This document shows positions 10,888 through 22,043 of a DNA stretch of 64,000 nt, in pieces. This DNA is from Squalus acanthias (lineage: Eukaryota). The stretch covers positions 310,001 to 374,000 of the forward strand of contig JASTWF010000048.1 in the NCBI GenBank assembly GCA_030390025.1, in the 5' to 3' direction. The position numbers and the translations under genes were made by a program. The notes beneath the pieces are model-generated. The model searched no databases and had not been told where the DNA came from. It saw only the letters and a program-made list of their open reading frames with translations. How positions within the stretch are numbered: the stretch's first letter is position 1; each line of letters begins with the position of its first letter.

Positions 10888-13800
10888 TCAGCTTTTAATG
10901 AGTTTCACAATTAGAGCAAAGGGATATTTCCCCACATTCTTCAACTGCTCTCTGAACTTAGTCTGGGTCACGGCATAAATCCCAGTGTTTGTGCAGCAAC
11001 TCAGCAGCTGCAACATCAATCCTATTTCTATTACATAATAAGGTAGATATACAGACTGATACCCCAACCAACACATCCGCAAATATATATAATACACCAT
11101 AAACACTGCCCATAACAGGATGAAATTGCCCGAGATAACAAGCAGTAAAATCATGGATTTCCTGCGGCTCTCCATCTCTGTGTCTCTGGGACTCTCCTCA
11201 CTCCTGGGACCCCGGAGTCTCCTGCGGGCTCTGCTGGACACTAAAATGTGTCTGACGTTAAAAGCATTGAGCAGCAAAATCACGACAAATGGGACCCCAG
11301 GGGTGAGAATATAATGAAGGAGCTCAATTGCTCCCCAGACCGGTGAATACAGAACATCGCGTGTTACATCACAAAACAGAGCTGCTTTGTCAATTGTATA
11401 CCAACCTGTGAACATAAAATACCAGGTGATATCCTTTAAACAGCTCAGCACAGTCACTGTTCCTAGAACCACAGCCGCTGTTTTCTCGGTGCAATATTTA
11501 GTTTTCAGCTTCTGGCAGCAAATGGCCACAAATCGATCAAAGGTGAAAGTGACGGTGAACCAGACAGAACAGTCTGTGGCTGCATAAAGCAGGACGGCGT
11601 GGATATTACACACGCGGATGGAATGAACAAAATAAAGCTGTCTCCAATAAACAAACAGTATCTGCCTGAAAATCAGGTCGAGGATAACGACCAGTAGATC
11701 CGCCACTGCCATGGCCACCAGGTAACGAGTGCCACAATTGGAGAGACCGCACTTTCCCCGAGACAGGATCACAATCGTCACTAAGTTCACTGTGAGGAAG
11801 GGAAATTAACAGGGAAATTATACATCAGGCCGGGAGCAAGAGCAACAGTTTGATGGAATTCGGGGTGAAATCTGAAACTCATGAGCGACATTCAATGATA
11901 TAATCAAATTCTATTACCTGTGGAGCTGAATACAGGGTTCTTGTAAGAATAATTGGGAATACATTGTGGAATTAATCAATGAAATGCGGTTAAATACAAC
12001 AGCAAATTAAGAGATGTTTGATCAATGAGAGATTAAAAGAGAAATCTACCATTAGCCCAGCAGACAAATACAACGCCCGAGGTAACAGGGACACAAAGGA
12101 CCAGAACCCCTCAGGAAGCCTTCGTGTCCCGGGATCAGTCAGCATTTGGAGCGGTGAAATTCGCTTTTGTGCCCCTGTGTTAGGAAGGGGGTAATCCCGC
12201 TTGGATTCCTCCTCCTGGTTAGAATATCCATTATATTTAGAACTGAAAATGAATGCAACAGCAAAATACAGAAACTGCATCCTTGGCGTGCAACAATTAC
12301 AGGCAATAGCATTTAAAATTTTCGGATGTAATATAGAAATGTTAAGATAATAAATACAATTGCACTGCAGTTATAAAAATAACTGGGCTGTAAGACGTGT
12401 TTTGAATATTGAGTTGTATGCATTTTTGTTGGAATGGATGAATTCTAGATCATTGAAAGGAAGATTTTCCAAAATAACATTGCAAAGAATGTATTCTGAA
12501 TTAAAATAAATAGTTATCATAAGCCAGGTAACGTCTCACTAAATGCATTTATCTGCATCGAAATCAGACGACTTATCCCACAGGCAAAGAGCCGACGGAT
12601 GCTTTTGTACAACATCTGAACAGAAATGGAGGAGCGGTATCCTTGTACTTTTTCACCTGTTGGTTTCCAACTTGTGCAGAGAGTATTAGATGGGAAAATA
12701 TCAAAGGATTTTCTTATCCTCAGTACTTCAGTTACAATCAGCTGGGATTGTTTATCCTGAAGTACAGCAGGAGGCAATAGAGAATCACTCTGGGTCTCAC
12801 TGAGAGATCCACTGAACTGTGACAGACAGGCATGGGATCCAAATGTAAATTCAAAACAAAGATGAATGAGTATATTGTGAGAATAAAAAGTATCCTTAAA
12901 ATCCTATTCCAACCATCAGAAGCAGCGCCACTAATGTGGAACTGGAGATGGTGGGAAAGGAGACACTGACTGGAACTGAATGATTAGCGGATATTTCAGA
13001 CATTTATAGATGTGTGTGTGATCTGCCAGGATTTGTTCCTGTGACTCTGTGCAAGTAACCATACCGAGCATTAGGTGAAAACGTATGCAAAGAACTGCGG
13101 CTGCTGGAAATCTGAAATAAAAACAGAAAATATTGCAAATACTCAGCAGGTCAGGCAGCATCTCTGGAGAGAGTAACAGATGTAACGTTTCAGGTTGATG
13201 AAATTTCGCCATTGGGTGAAAAGTCTCCTAAACAAAGAGAACATTCTTCTGATCTGTTACAAATGTTCTTTGGAGATAGCCGACCGAAATTCGTTCAATA
13301 AAGAGACTCGTACAATATCTTTGCCTGAGTTGATTATAGAACATGAATCTGGGTAACACCGTATCACCTTCAGAATCAATTGCTGACAGCAGTGCGGATG
13401 GGAAGTAGTCTAACAAGAAGAGAAATACAGTTAAGCATTATTCACAGAATTAATAGCTGGAACAAAGACTTACCAGGGACACCAACAGCAGAGAGGGGCG
13501 TGGAGAGGAGCAGGAATAAATGACCAGAGCAGTAATACAGTGAAACATGACTTACAGAATCAATAACTGAATACAAAGTCTTACCAGGAACACCAACATC
13601 AGCGAGGTGTGGGGGGAGTAAATGACAAGAACAGCAAAAGTGATACATGATTTATAAAATTAATAGTTGGATACAGAGACTTACCATGAACACCAACAGC
13701 AGCGAGGATGTGCCAGTCTTGTTAAACAAAAACCCATGCATTAACAAAGATGCAACCACTTGAAACACAGAATACCATTAATAACTGAGTATCCCACGGT

Positions 13801-13979
13801 AAATAGCAAGAATAATATTACAGTGTAACATGTTTTATAGAATTAGTAACTGGACATAGATACTTACTGGGAACACCAACAGCAGCGAGGAGGGGATAGT
13901 AAATCTTTTTAATATCTTTACATATGCTTTCTATCTTCCACTCAGAAAGCCGACCTTTAATACCGATGCTTGAACTCAT
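10888..13979 (-). CDS. Class A orphan GPCR, GPR139/GPR142-like; two exons (13979-13868, 11789-10888), 337 aa
   Basis: Exon 1 MSSSIGIKGR..IYYPLLAAVGVP+A|GTAAGT joins phase-1 acceptor TTCCTCACAG|TG to give ..VGVPMNLVTIVIL..; TM2 AVADL, TM3 FTFDRFVAIC, TM7 NTGIY, helix 8 TKFREQL; no stops. Confidence 0.85.
13088..13205. mobile_element. Short elasmobranch interspersed repeat fragment in the GPCR intron
   Basis: GCTGGAAATCTGAAATAAAAACAGAAAA..ACTCAGCAGGTCAGGCAGCATC, recalled as a common shark repeat; class uncertain. Confidence 0.5.
13440..13900 (-). repeat. Tandem reiteration of the GPCR exon-1 3' end plus splice donor
   Basis: Plus-strand CTTAC[C/T]..ACACCAACA at about 13469, 13580, 13680 and 13863. 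Confidence 0.8.
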
Positions 13980-14054
13980 GCCTTCCCTTCTGTGAGTGAC
14001 TGATGGTATTTGTGCTGGAGGCAACGCGCTGACTGTGTGAGGTGACACAGTGAA

Positions 14055-14100
14055 GGGAGCTCCTTATTTAGAGCAGAGAGAAATTCCCGAGTGACATCAT
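14055..14100 (-). promoter_or_regulatory. Putative GPCR promoter: TATA-like, NF-kB-like and CRE/Vbeta-decamer motifs
   Basis: Minus-strand TAAATAA (about 14064-14070) and GGGAATTTCT (14079-14088); AGTGACATCA at 14090-14099; 85-120 nt upstream of the ATG. Confidence 0.4.
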
Positions 14101-14379
14101 TAGGCCTCTCTGTAACTGGCATTAATTACAGTCATTGAACAAACAGACTTATGGAACCATTATCACCACAACACCTTATGCAACACAATCCAGCTCACAT
14201 TATTGTAAACAGTTGAAAATTCAAAGTGAGCAAATGCACAATATTTCACCCACCCGTAAAATACCAAGGATAGAACAAAGAGAACGGAGTTTCTCTTCCT
14301 GTATTAAACTCAAACTGAGAACAAAAGACGAGAAAGTGACCGAACGGGTTAGAATAAAAGTGAAAGATTAGATATAGAG

Positions 14380-15940
14380 GCTGTTACACAGGAACAGGAG
14401 GAAGAGATTCATCCCTCCTCGAGTCTGTTATTCAGGAACAGGAGGAGGCCATTCAACACTTCTCGAGTCTGTTACACAGGAAAAGGTGGAAGCGATTCAT
14501 CCCTCCTCGAGTCTGTTACACAGGAACAGGAGGAGGTCATTCACCGCTCGACCCTGTTATGTAGGAGCATAGGAACAGGAGTAGGCCATTTAGCCCCTTG
14601 AGCCTATTCCGCTATTCATAGAGTTCATGGCTGCACTGTTACCTAACTCCATATACCCGCCTTTGCCCCATATCTCTTAATACCTTTGGTTACCAGAGAT
14701 CTATCAAGCTCAGATTTAAAATGAACAATTGACCTAGAATCAACCGCTCTTTGTGGAAGAGAGTTTAAACTTCTGCCACCCTTTGCATGTAGAAGTGTTT
14801 GCTAACTTCACGCCTGAACGGCCTCACCATGTCCCCATGTCCTGGACTCCCCAACCAGCCAAGGTAGTTTCTCTCTATCTTCCCCATCAGTTCCCCATAA
14901 TTTCTTGAAATCTTCGAACGAATCTCCCCTTAACCGTCTAAATTACAGGGAATACAACCCCAGTTTGTGTAATCTCGCCTCGTAAATTAACCCTTGAATT
15001 CCAGACATCATTCCGGTAAATACTAAGGTTTGGTGCCCAGAACTGTGCACAGCACTCCTGGTGTGGTCCAACCAGGGTTTTGTATAGCGGTCGCATAACT
15101 TCTACCACTTTTTTTCTAGTCATCTTGATGTAAAGACCAGAATTCTATTAGACTTTTTGATTATTATCATTACCTGTCCGTGACATTTTAATGATCTATG
15201 TTCATGGGGCCCTAAGTCTCTTTGGACCTCCATTGTTTCTAGATTTTCACCATTTAGAAAGTTCGCTGATCATTCCTTTTCCCGTCCAAAGTGGATGACC
15301 TCACACTTACGTACATTGAAATCCATTTGCCACAGTTTTGCCCACTCGCTGAATCACCCTTTGCAATTAAATGCTGTCTCCACTCTGTTTACCATGCTGC
15401 CTATCGTTGTGTCATTGGCAAAGTTGGATATGTGGCTCTCTATCCCATCATCTAAGTCGTTAATAAATACGGTAAATAGTTGAGGACCCAACACAAATCC
15501 CAGTGGGAAAGCACTAGTCACATGATACCAATTAGACTATCTGCCCATTATCTCTACTCTCTGTCTCCTGACGCTCAGCCAATTCCATAATCAGCTCAAT
15601 AATTTGCCTTCAATTCGAAGTCCTTCAACTTTAGCTAACAATCTCTCTTGAGAAAAGTATGGGGCCATGCAGCCCATCGAGCCTGTTACACATGAACAGG
15701 AGGAGGCCATTCAGCCCCTCGAGCTTGTTACACAAGTACAGTAGTTGGCCCATTCAGCCTTTTACATAGGAACAGGAGGAGGCCACTTAGCCTGTAGAAC
15801 CTATTACATTGGAATAAGATGAGGCCCCTGCAGCCACACAAGCCTATTACATAAGAACAGGAGGAGGTCCATTCAGTCACTCGAACATTTTACATAGGAA
15901 CAGGAGGAGGCCATTTAGCCCCACGAGACTTTTACACATG
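14380..15940 (-). mobile_element. Decayed CR1-type LINE flanked by ~40-bp LINE-tail minisatellites
   Basis: Remnant peptide LYKTLVGPHQECCAQFWAP; paralogs at about 18960-20320 and 56450-57560. Confidence 0.75.
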
Positions 15941-16354
15941 GCTACGTCACGTTTGCAACTTTCTGCTCCCATTAACTCTACTTTCTGCCAATCAGAGAGG
16001 GAGGGCTGGAGCGGCCAATCAGAGAGGGAGGGGTGGAGCATTCAATATACAGTGTTTTCTTCTGTATCATAGAGATCGTTGCCCTTTACACCCGTCAGTT
16101 CCGGGCCTTGCACACGACAGTCTCAGAGCTCGCATCGCTGACCAAGTATATTGATTCTAATTGGTTCGACTGGGGAAGGAGGCGTGTCCAACCCTGCATC
16201 ACCTCCTTATGCTGTTCATGCTCAATTATTTGACAATTTCCGTGAGACGATGACGTCGGAGACGCCAGACCCCACTCCAACTAGTAACCAATCGGTGCAA
16301 TTTTGAGTGATGCAGTTCCGGACTGAATCAGGAGCAGCGAAGGAGCGGAGGGGG

Positions 16355-16427
16355 ATGGAAGTGCGGGGCTGTGGGACCGCGTGTCTCTCATTCCTGCTCC
16401 ACTGTCTGCGTCTGGAGATCAGCTCTG
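16355..16427 (+). pseudogene. Orphan family-D leader exon; V exon deleted
   Basis: MEVRGCGTACLSFLLHCLRLEISS+G|GTCAGA, homologous to 57953-58025; TGACGTC and CCAAT upstream; only a GA tract follows. Confidence 0.8.
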
Positions 16428-16464
16428 GTCAGAGCAAGTTTACCTTTCAATTCAGTTTGTTTTA

Positions 16465-17068
16465 ATAGAGAGAGAGAGAGTGAGAGACATAGGGAGTGGG
16501 AGAGGGAATCAGAGAGGCAGTATTACACAGACAGACAGAGAGAGAAAAAGAGAGAGTGGGGGAGGGATTGTGAGAAAGAGAGACAGAGAGAGACAGACAC
16601 ACCGAGTGAGAGACATAGAAAGTGACTGAGGGATAGTGAGAGAAAGAGTAAATGATAGAAACAGAGAGAGAGTGAGAGACATAGAGACAGCGTGAGAATT
16701 CGAGACAGGGAGAGAGACAGAAAGCATGAGTGAGTTAGTGACAGTTACAGAGATAGAGATAGAGAGAGAGACAGAGAGAGATACAGAGAGAGGCAGAGAG
16801 AGAGAGCGAGACAGAGAGACAGAGCGTGAGACAGACACAAAGAGACAGAAACAGGGAGAGATAGACTATGACAGAATGAGACTGTGACAGAGAGCGAGAG
16901 AAATAGAGAGAGCGATACAGAGATAGAGAGGGAGCGGCAGAGAGACAGAGAGAGAGAGAGACAGAGAGAGAGAGAGACAGACAGACAGCGCGAAAAAAGA
17001 GTGAAATAGAGCAAGAGACATACAGAGAGGGTGAGAGAGGGAAAGAGACACACACACAACACACACTC
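16465..17068. repeat. Compound GA/GACA microsatellite
   Basis: Direct inspection. Confidence 0.9.
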
Positions 17069-17519
17069 AATAAGCTCTACATCTGTGGCCATTCATGTTC
17101 AAGCTCCGCGCATATTATCTCTGATGTGGAACGGGTTCACTGCAGTCTGAATACAGTGGGGCCGTTTGCAAGTTCCCCTGTCAAGGTCGAGACTTGGCGT
17201 CCTCCTGATCGTCATAGGCCCAACCATGCAATAGAACAGATGAACAGCCCGATGTGACCCGGATATTATTGCACCGACTGCCACACGTTATCAAAAGCGT
17301 TTACTTTAGACCAGTGTTGTCCAGGTGTTAGCCACTAGTCACGTGTGGCTAATTGGGAATCAAGGTATGGCTAATTGTGAATCTACATGTGGTTAATCGG
17401 GAATCCAGACGTGGATAATTTCATTTCTGATCAGCAAACAATAAACGAGCGATCGACACCGTTGTTGGGAAAGTTAACGGCATAAGGTCCAGTCAGTCAT
17501 TGGTAATTAGCAAGCACAT

Positions 17520-17580
17520 CGATTCTGATTGGTTCACTCGAAGAAGGGGGCGTGTGCAACTCTGCATCACTTCCTCAATC
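17520..17580 (+). promoter_or_regulatory. Family-B V promoter module (example copy)
   Basis: CTGATTGG (inverted CCAAT), GGGGCGTG (Sp/KLF) and TGCATCACTTCCT (ETS plus decamer-like on the minus strand); repeated before most B leaders. Confidence 0.6.
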
Positions 17581-17688
17581 TGCTCAGGGTTTCCTCAAGG
17601 ATTTTTAAAGAGCGGGTTGGCTCCTCACAAGACTGCACGCTTCTGTTCTCGCTGCTTTCATTATTGAGAGAAACGCTTGAAGTAAAAG

Positions 17689-18145
17689 ATGTATCTGTTA
17701 CTGGGTCTTATTATCTTGTTTCACCGTAAGGGACTTTATCAAACATTAATTATTGTTAATAAACAACGTTTACGTCTTTCTTTCTTGTTCTCCCATTGCC
17801 CCGGATGTCCCAATTTACTGAACTCCTCCTCCCCCTGTCTCTTACCCAGATGTGAACTCGCAGAGTATCCGCCAGACTCCCGCCGCTGTCTCCAGATTTC
17901 CCGGGGATGGAGTGGTACTGAATTGCACTCTGGAAAGCACCAGTACTCAGACTATGTTCTGGTACAGACAATACCCGGGGAAGGAGCCGCAGTTGATGTT
18001 TTACTCCGCGGGTACCAATCATGTGAATCCAAAGGGGACGGTGGACGGTTTTACCGCCGAGCGATCGAATGGCAACGAGTTCAACCTGAAGTCCCCCAGC
18101 CTGCAGGCGAATCACTCGGCCGTGTATTACTGCACCTGGAGTCTT
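17689..18145 (+). CDS. TRBV: TCR V segment V4, family B (TRBV30-like), intact
   Basis: Leader 17689-17725 MYLLLGLIILFH+C|GTAAG; V exon 17850-18145 ..LNC..WYRQYPG..AVYYCTWSL. Confidence 0.92.
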
Positions 18146-18184
18146 CACAGTGACTCAGAGAGATGGAGGAGCTCAACAAAAACC
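18146..18184 (+). other. 23-RSS of V4
   Basis: CACAGTG + 23 nt + ACAAAAACC. Confidence 0.97.
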
Positions 18185-18444
18185 CCAAAGGCGGCAGGAA
18201 ACACCTGTGGATGATAAAACTGCGCAGTGCAGTTGGGGTTATTTTACAGAGCGAACATGTTTTCGACAACTGGAAGAGACGGGTTAGAATAAAAGTGAAA
18301 GATTAGATATAGAGGCACTGGAGAAAGTGCAAAGAAAGATTAACAAGAATCACACCAGTACTGAGAGGTTGTAACTGTCTGGAAAGAATAACAATAATAA
18401 GACTTTGGTTTTTCGGTTCTGACACTGTGTTTTCTTTCTCCACA

Positions 18445-18463
18445 GGGACAGCAGAGGGCGCTC
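18445..18463 (+). promoter_or_regulatory. Putative CTCF-binding element downstream of V4 (one of about 12, see findings)
   Basis: GGGACAGCAGAGGGCGCTC versus CTCF consensus TGGCCASYAGRKGGCRSYR. Confidence 0.6.
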
Positions 18464-18534
18464 TATGACCATAAAACACATCTGATGCAAGAACATAGTT
18501 AAATAGGAACACAGAAGCAGGAGAGCGTCTTAAA

Positions 18535-18960
18535 GGTCGAGTCTGTCATACAGGAACAGGAGGAGGTCATTCAGCACTCCTCGAGTCTGTTACACAGGAA
18601 CAGGAGGAAGCGATTCATCCCTCCTCGAGTCTGTTACAAAGGAACAGGAGGAGGTCATTCATCCTTCCTCGAGTCTAATACACAGGTACAGGAGGAAGCG
18701 ATTCGTCCCTCCTCCAGTCGATTACACAGGAACAGGAAGCGGCCATTCAGCCCTCCTCGAGTCTGTTACACAGGAACAGGAGGAAGAGATTCATCCCTCC
18801 TCGAGTCTGTTACACAGGAACAGGAGGAGGCCATTCTGCACTCCTCGAGTCTGTTACACAGGAACAGGAGGAAGATATTCATCCCTCCTCGAGTCTATTA
18901 CACAGGAACAGGAGGAGGTCATTAACCGCTCGACCCTGTTACGTAGGCGCATAGGAACAG
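18535..18960. repeat. ~41-bp minisatellite CTCGAGTCTGTTACACAGGAACAGGAGGAGGCCATTCAGCCCTC
   Basis: About 10 tandem units; resembles the reverse complement of the CR1/HER1 3' tail. Confidence 0.9.
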
Positions 18961-20726
18961 GAGTAAGCCATTTAGCCCCTTGAGCCTGTTCCGCTATTCA
19001 TAGAGTTCATGGCTGCACTGTTACCTAGCTCCATATACCCGCCTTTTCCCCATATCTCTTAACAACTTTGTTTAACAGAAATCTATCAAGCTCAGATTTA
19101 AAATGAACAGTTGACCGAGAATCAACCGAACATTGTGGAAGAGAGTTTAAACTTCTGCCACACTTTGCGTGTAGAAGTGTTTGCTAACTTCACGCCTGAA
19201 TGGTTTCGCCATGTCCCCTTGTTCTAGACTCCCGAACCAGCAGAAGTAGTTTCTCTCTATCCACCCTATCAGTTCCCAGTAATATCTTGAAATCTTCCAT
19301 CAAATCACCCTTTAACCTTCTAAAGTCCAGGGAATACAACCCCAGTTTGTGTAATCTCTCATCGTAACTTAACCCTTGATGTCCAGGTATCATTCCGGTA
19401 AATCCTAAGGTGTCGTACCCACAACTGAACACAGTGCTCCTGTTGTGGTCTAACCAGCGCTTTGTAAAGCGGTATCATAACTTCTACTCCCTTGTATTCT
19501 CGTCATCTAGTTATAAAGCCCAGAATTGCATTAGCCTTTTTGATAATGATCTGCACCTGTCCATGACATTTTAATGATCTATGTACATGGAGCACTGAGT
19601 CTCTTTGGACCTCTATTGTTTCTAGCTTATGGCCATTTAGAAAGTTCTCTGATCATTCCTTTTCCCGTCCAAAGTGGATGACCTCACACTTACATACATT
19701 GAAATCCATTTGCCACAGTTTTGCCCACTCGCTGAATCACCCTTTGTAATTTAATGCTGACTCTACTCTGTTTATCATGTTGCCTATTGTCATTGGCAAC
19801 GTTGGATATGTGGCTCTCTATCCCATCATCTAAGTCGTTAATAAATACGGTAAATATTGGAGGACTCAACACAAATCCAGGTGGGAAAGCACTAGTCACA
19901 TGATACCAATTAGAATACCTGCTCATTCTCTGTACTCTCTGTCTCCTGACGCTCAGCCAATTTTATAATCAGGTCAATAATTTACCTTCAATTCGAAGTC
20001 CTTCAACTTTCGCTAACAATCTCTTAAAAGGAATAATATGGGGCCATTTAGCCCATGGAGCCTGTTACACATGAACAGGAGGAGGCCATTCAGCCCTCGA
20101 GCTTGTTACACAAGTACAGTAGTTGGCCCATTCAGCTTTGCGACCCTTTTAAATAGGAACAGGAGGAGGTCACTTAGCCGGTAGAACCTGTTACATTGGA
20201 ATAAGAAGAGACCCCTGCAGCCACACAAGCCTATTACATAAGAACAGGAGGAGGTCCATTCAGTCACTCGACCTTGTTGCATAGGAAGAGGCGGAGGCCA
20301 TTTCGCCCCACGAGACTTTTACACATGGCTAGGTCACGTTTGCAACTTTCTGCTCCCATTAACTCTGCATTCTGCAAATCAGAGAGGGAGGGCTGGAGCG
20401 GCCAATCAGAGAGGGAGGGCCAGAGAATTCTATATTCAGTCTTTTCTTCTGTATGATAGAGATCGTTGCCAGTTCCGGGCCTTGCACACAACAGTCTCAG
20501 AGCTCGAATCGCTGACCAAGTACATTGATTCTAATTGGTTCGACTAGAGAAGGAGGCGTGTCCAACCCTGCTTCACCTCCTTATGCTCTTCATGCTCAAT
20601 TATTTGACAATTCCGGTGAGACGGTGACGTCGAAGACGCCTACCCGCCTCCAACACCTAACCAATCGGCGCAATTTTGTGAGAAGGGTTCCCGACTGAAT
20701 CAGGAGCAGCGAAGGAGCGGAGGGGG

Positions 20727-20799
20727 ATGGATGTGCGGGGCTGTGGGACCGCGTGTCTCTCACTCCTGCTCCGCTGTCTGAGTCTGGAGATCAGCTCTG
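20727..20799 (+). pseudogene. Orphan family-D leader exon; V exon deleted
   Basis: MDVRGCGTACLSLLLRCLSLEISS+G|GTCAGA followed by GA tract 20838-21460. Confidence 0.8.
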
Positions 20800-20837
20800 G
20801 TCAGAGCAAATTTACCTTTCAATTCAGTTTGTTTTAA

Positions 20838-21460
20838 TAGAGAGAGAGAGAGTGAGAGACATACTGAGTGGGAGAGGGAATCAGAGAGACAGTGTGACAC
20901 AGACAGACAGAGAGAGACAATGAAAGAGTTGGGGAGGGATTGTGAGAGTGAGAGACAGAGAGAGAGACAGAGACACAACGAGTGAGCGACATAGAAAGTG
21001 ACTGAGGGACAGTGAAAGAAAGAGTAGGTGATAGAAACAGAGAGAGAGAGAGTGAGAGACATAGAGACAGAGTGAGAATTCGAGACAGGGAGTGAGACAG
21101 AAAGAGTGAGTGAGTTAGTGAGAGATACAGAGATAGAGAAAGAGAGAGAGCGACAGAGAGAGACACACAGAGAGGCAGAGACAGAGAGAGATACAGAAAG
21201 ACAGAGCGTGAGACAGACACAAAGAGACAGAAATACGGAGAGAGAGGCTATGACAGAGTGAGACTGTGACAGAGAGCGAGAGAAATAGAGAGAGTGAGAT
21301 ACAGAGAGAGAGGGAGAGGCAGAGAGACAGAGAGAGAGAGACAGAGAGAGAGAGAGAGATAGAGAGCGAGAGACAGACAGAGCGCGAAAAAAGAGTGAAA
21401 TAGAGCAAGAGATACAGAGAGAGGGCGAGAAGGGAAAGAGACACACACACAATACACACT
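20838..21460. repeat. Compound GA/GACA microsatellite
   Basis: Direct inspection. Confidence 0.9.
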
Positions 21461-22043
21461 CAGCAAGCTCTATATCTGTGGCCATTCATGTTCAGCTCAT
21501 CGAGTGTTATCTCTGATGTGGGACGGGTTCACTGCAGTCTGAATACAGTGGGGCCGTTTGCAGGTTCCCCAGTCCACGGCAAGTCTTTGCATCCTGCTGA
21601 CCGTCATAGGCCACACAATGAGCCCAACCATGCGGTAGAACAGAGGAACAGCCCGATGTGACCCGGATATTGTTGCACCGTCTGCCTCTTCTAATCTAAA
21701 GGGTTTGCGATGGACCAGTGTTGTCCATGTGTTAGTCACTACCCACGTGTGGATAACTAGAAGCCCTGATCTGGATAAGACCATATCTGATTAGTAAATA
21801 AACAATGACCGATAGACACCATTGTTGGGAATGTTAAAGCCATAAGGTCCAGTCAGACGTTCGTAATCAGCAATCACATCGATTCTGATTGGATCGATCG
21901 GCGAAAGGGGGCGTGTCCAACCCTGCATCACTTCCTCACTCTCTTCATGTTTCCTTCAATAATTTGAAAAGAGCGGGTTTGCTCCTCACAAAACTCTCCT
22001 GTTCTCGCTCCTTTCATTATTAAGAGAACGCTTCAAGTAAAAG

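Noticed and set aside
17756-18148. Recurrent antisense ORFs (MKTPGAVIHGR..) over family-B exons
   Set aside because: Shadow frames of the conserved GC-rich V exons
18405-18463. CACTGTG/CATTGTG plus GGGACAG resembling a TRBD segment with a 5' RSS (also near 54846 and 60959)
   Set aside because: The heptamer is 15 nt from GGGACAG, there is no nonamer at 12 or 23 spacing, and there is no 3' RSS; CTCF fits better
18428-18470. TTTTCTTTCTCCACAG|G looks like a strong splice acceptor in the same flank
   Set aside because: No conserved reading frame or donor follows, and the AG context varies among paralogs; it cannot be supported without RNA data
20760-21485. Long Ser/Leu/Cys-rich ORFs (also 16509-17092, 38642-39305, 58730-59269)
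   Set aside because: Translations of GA microsatellites
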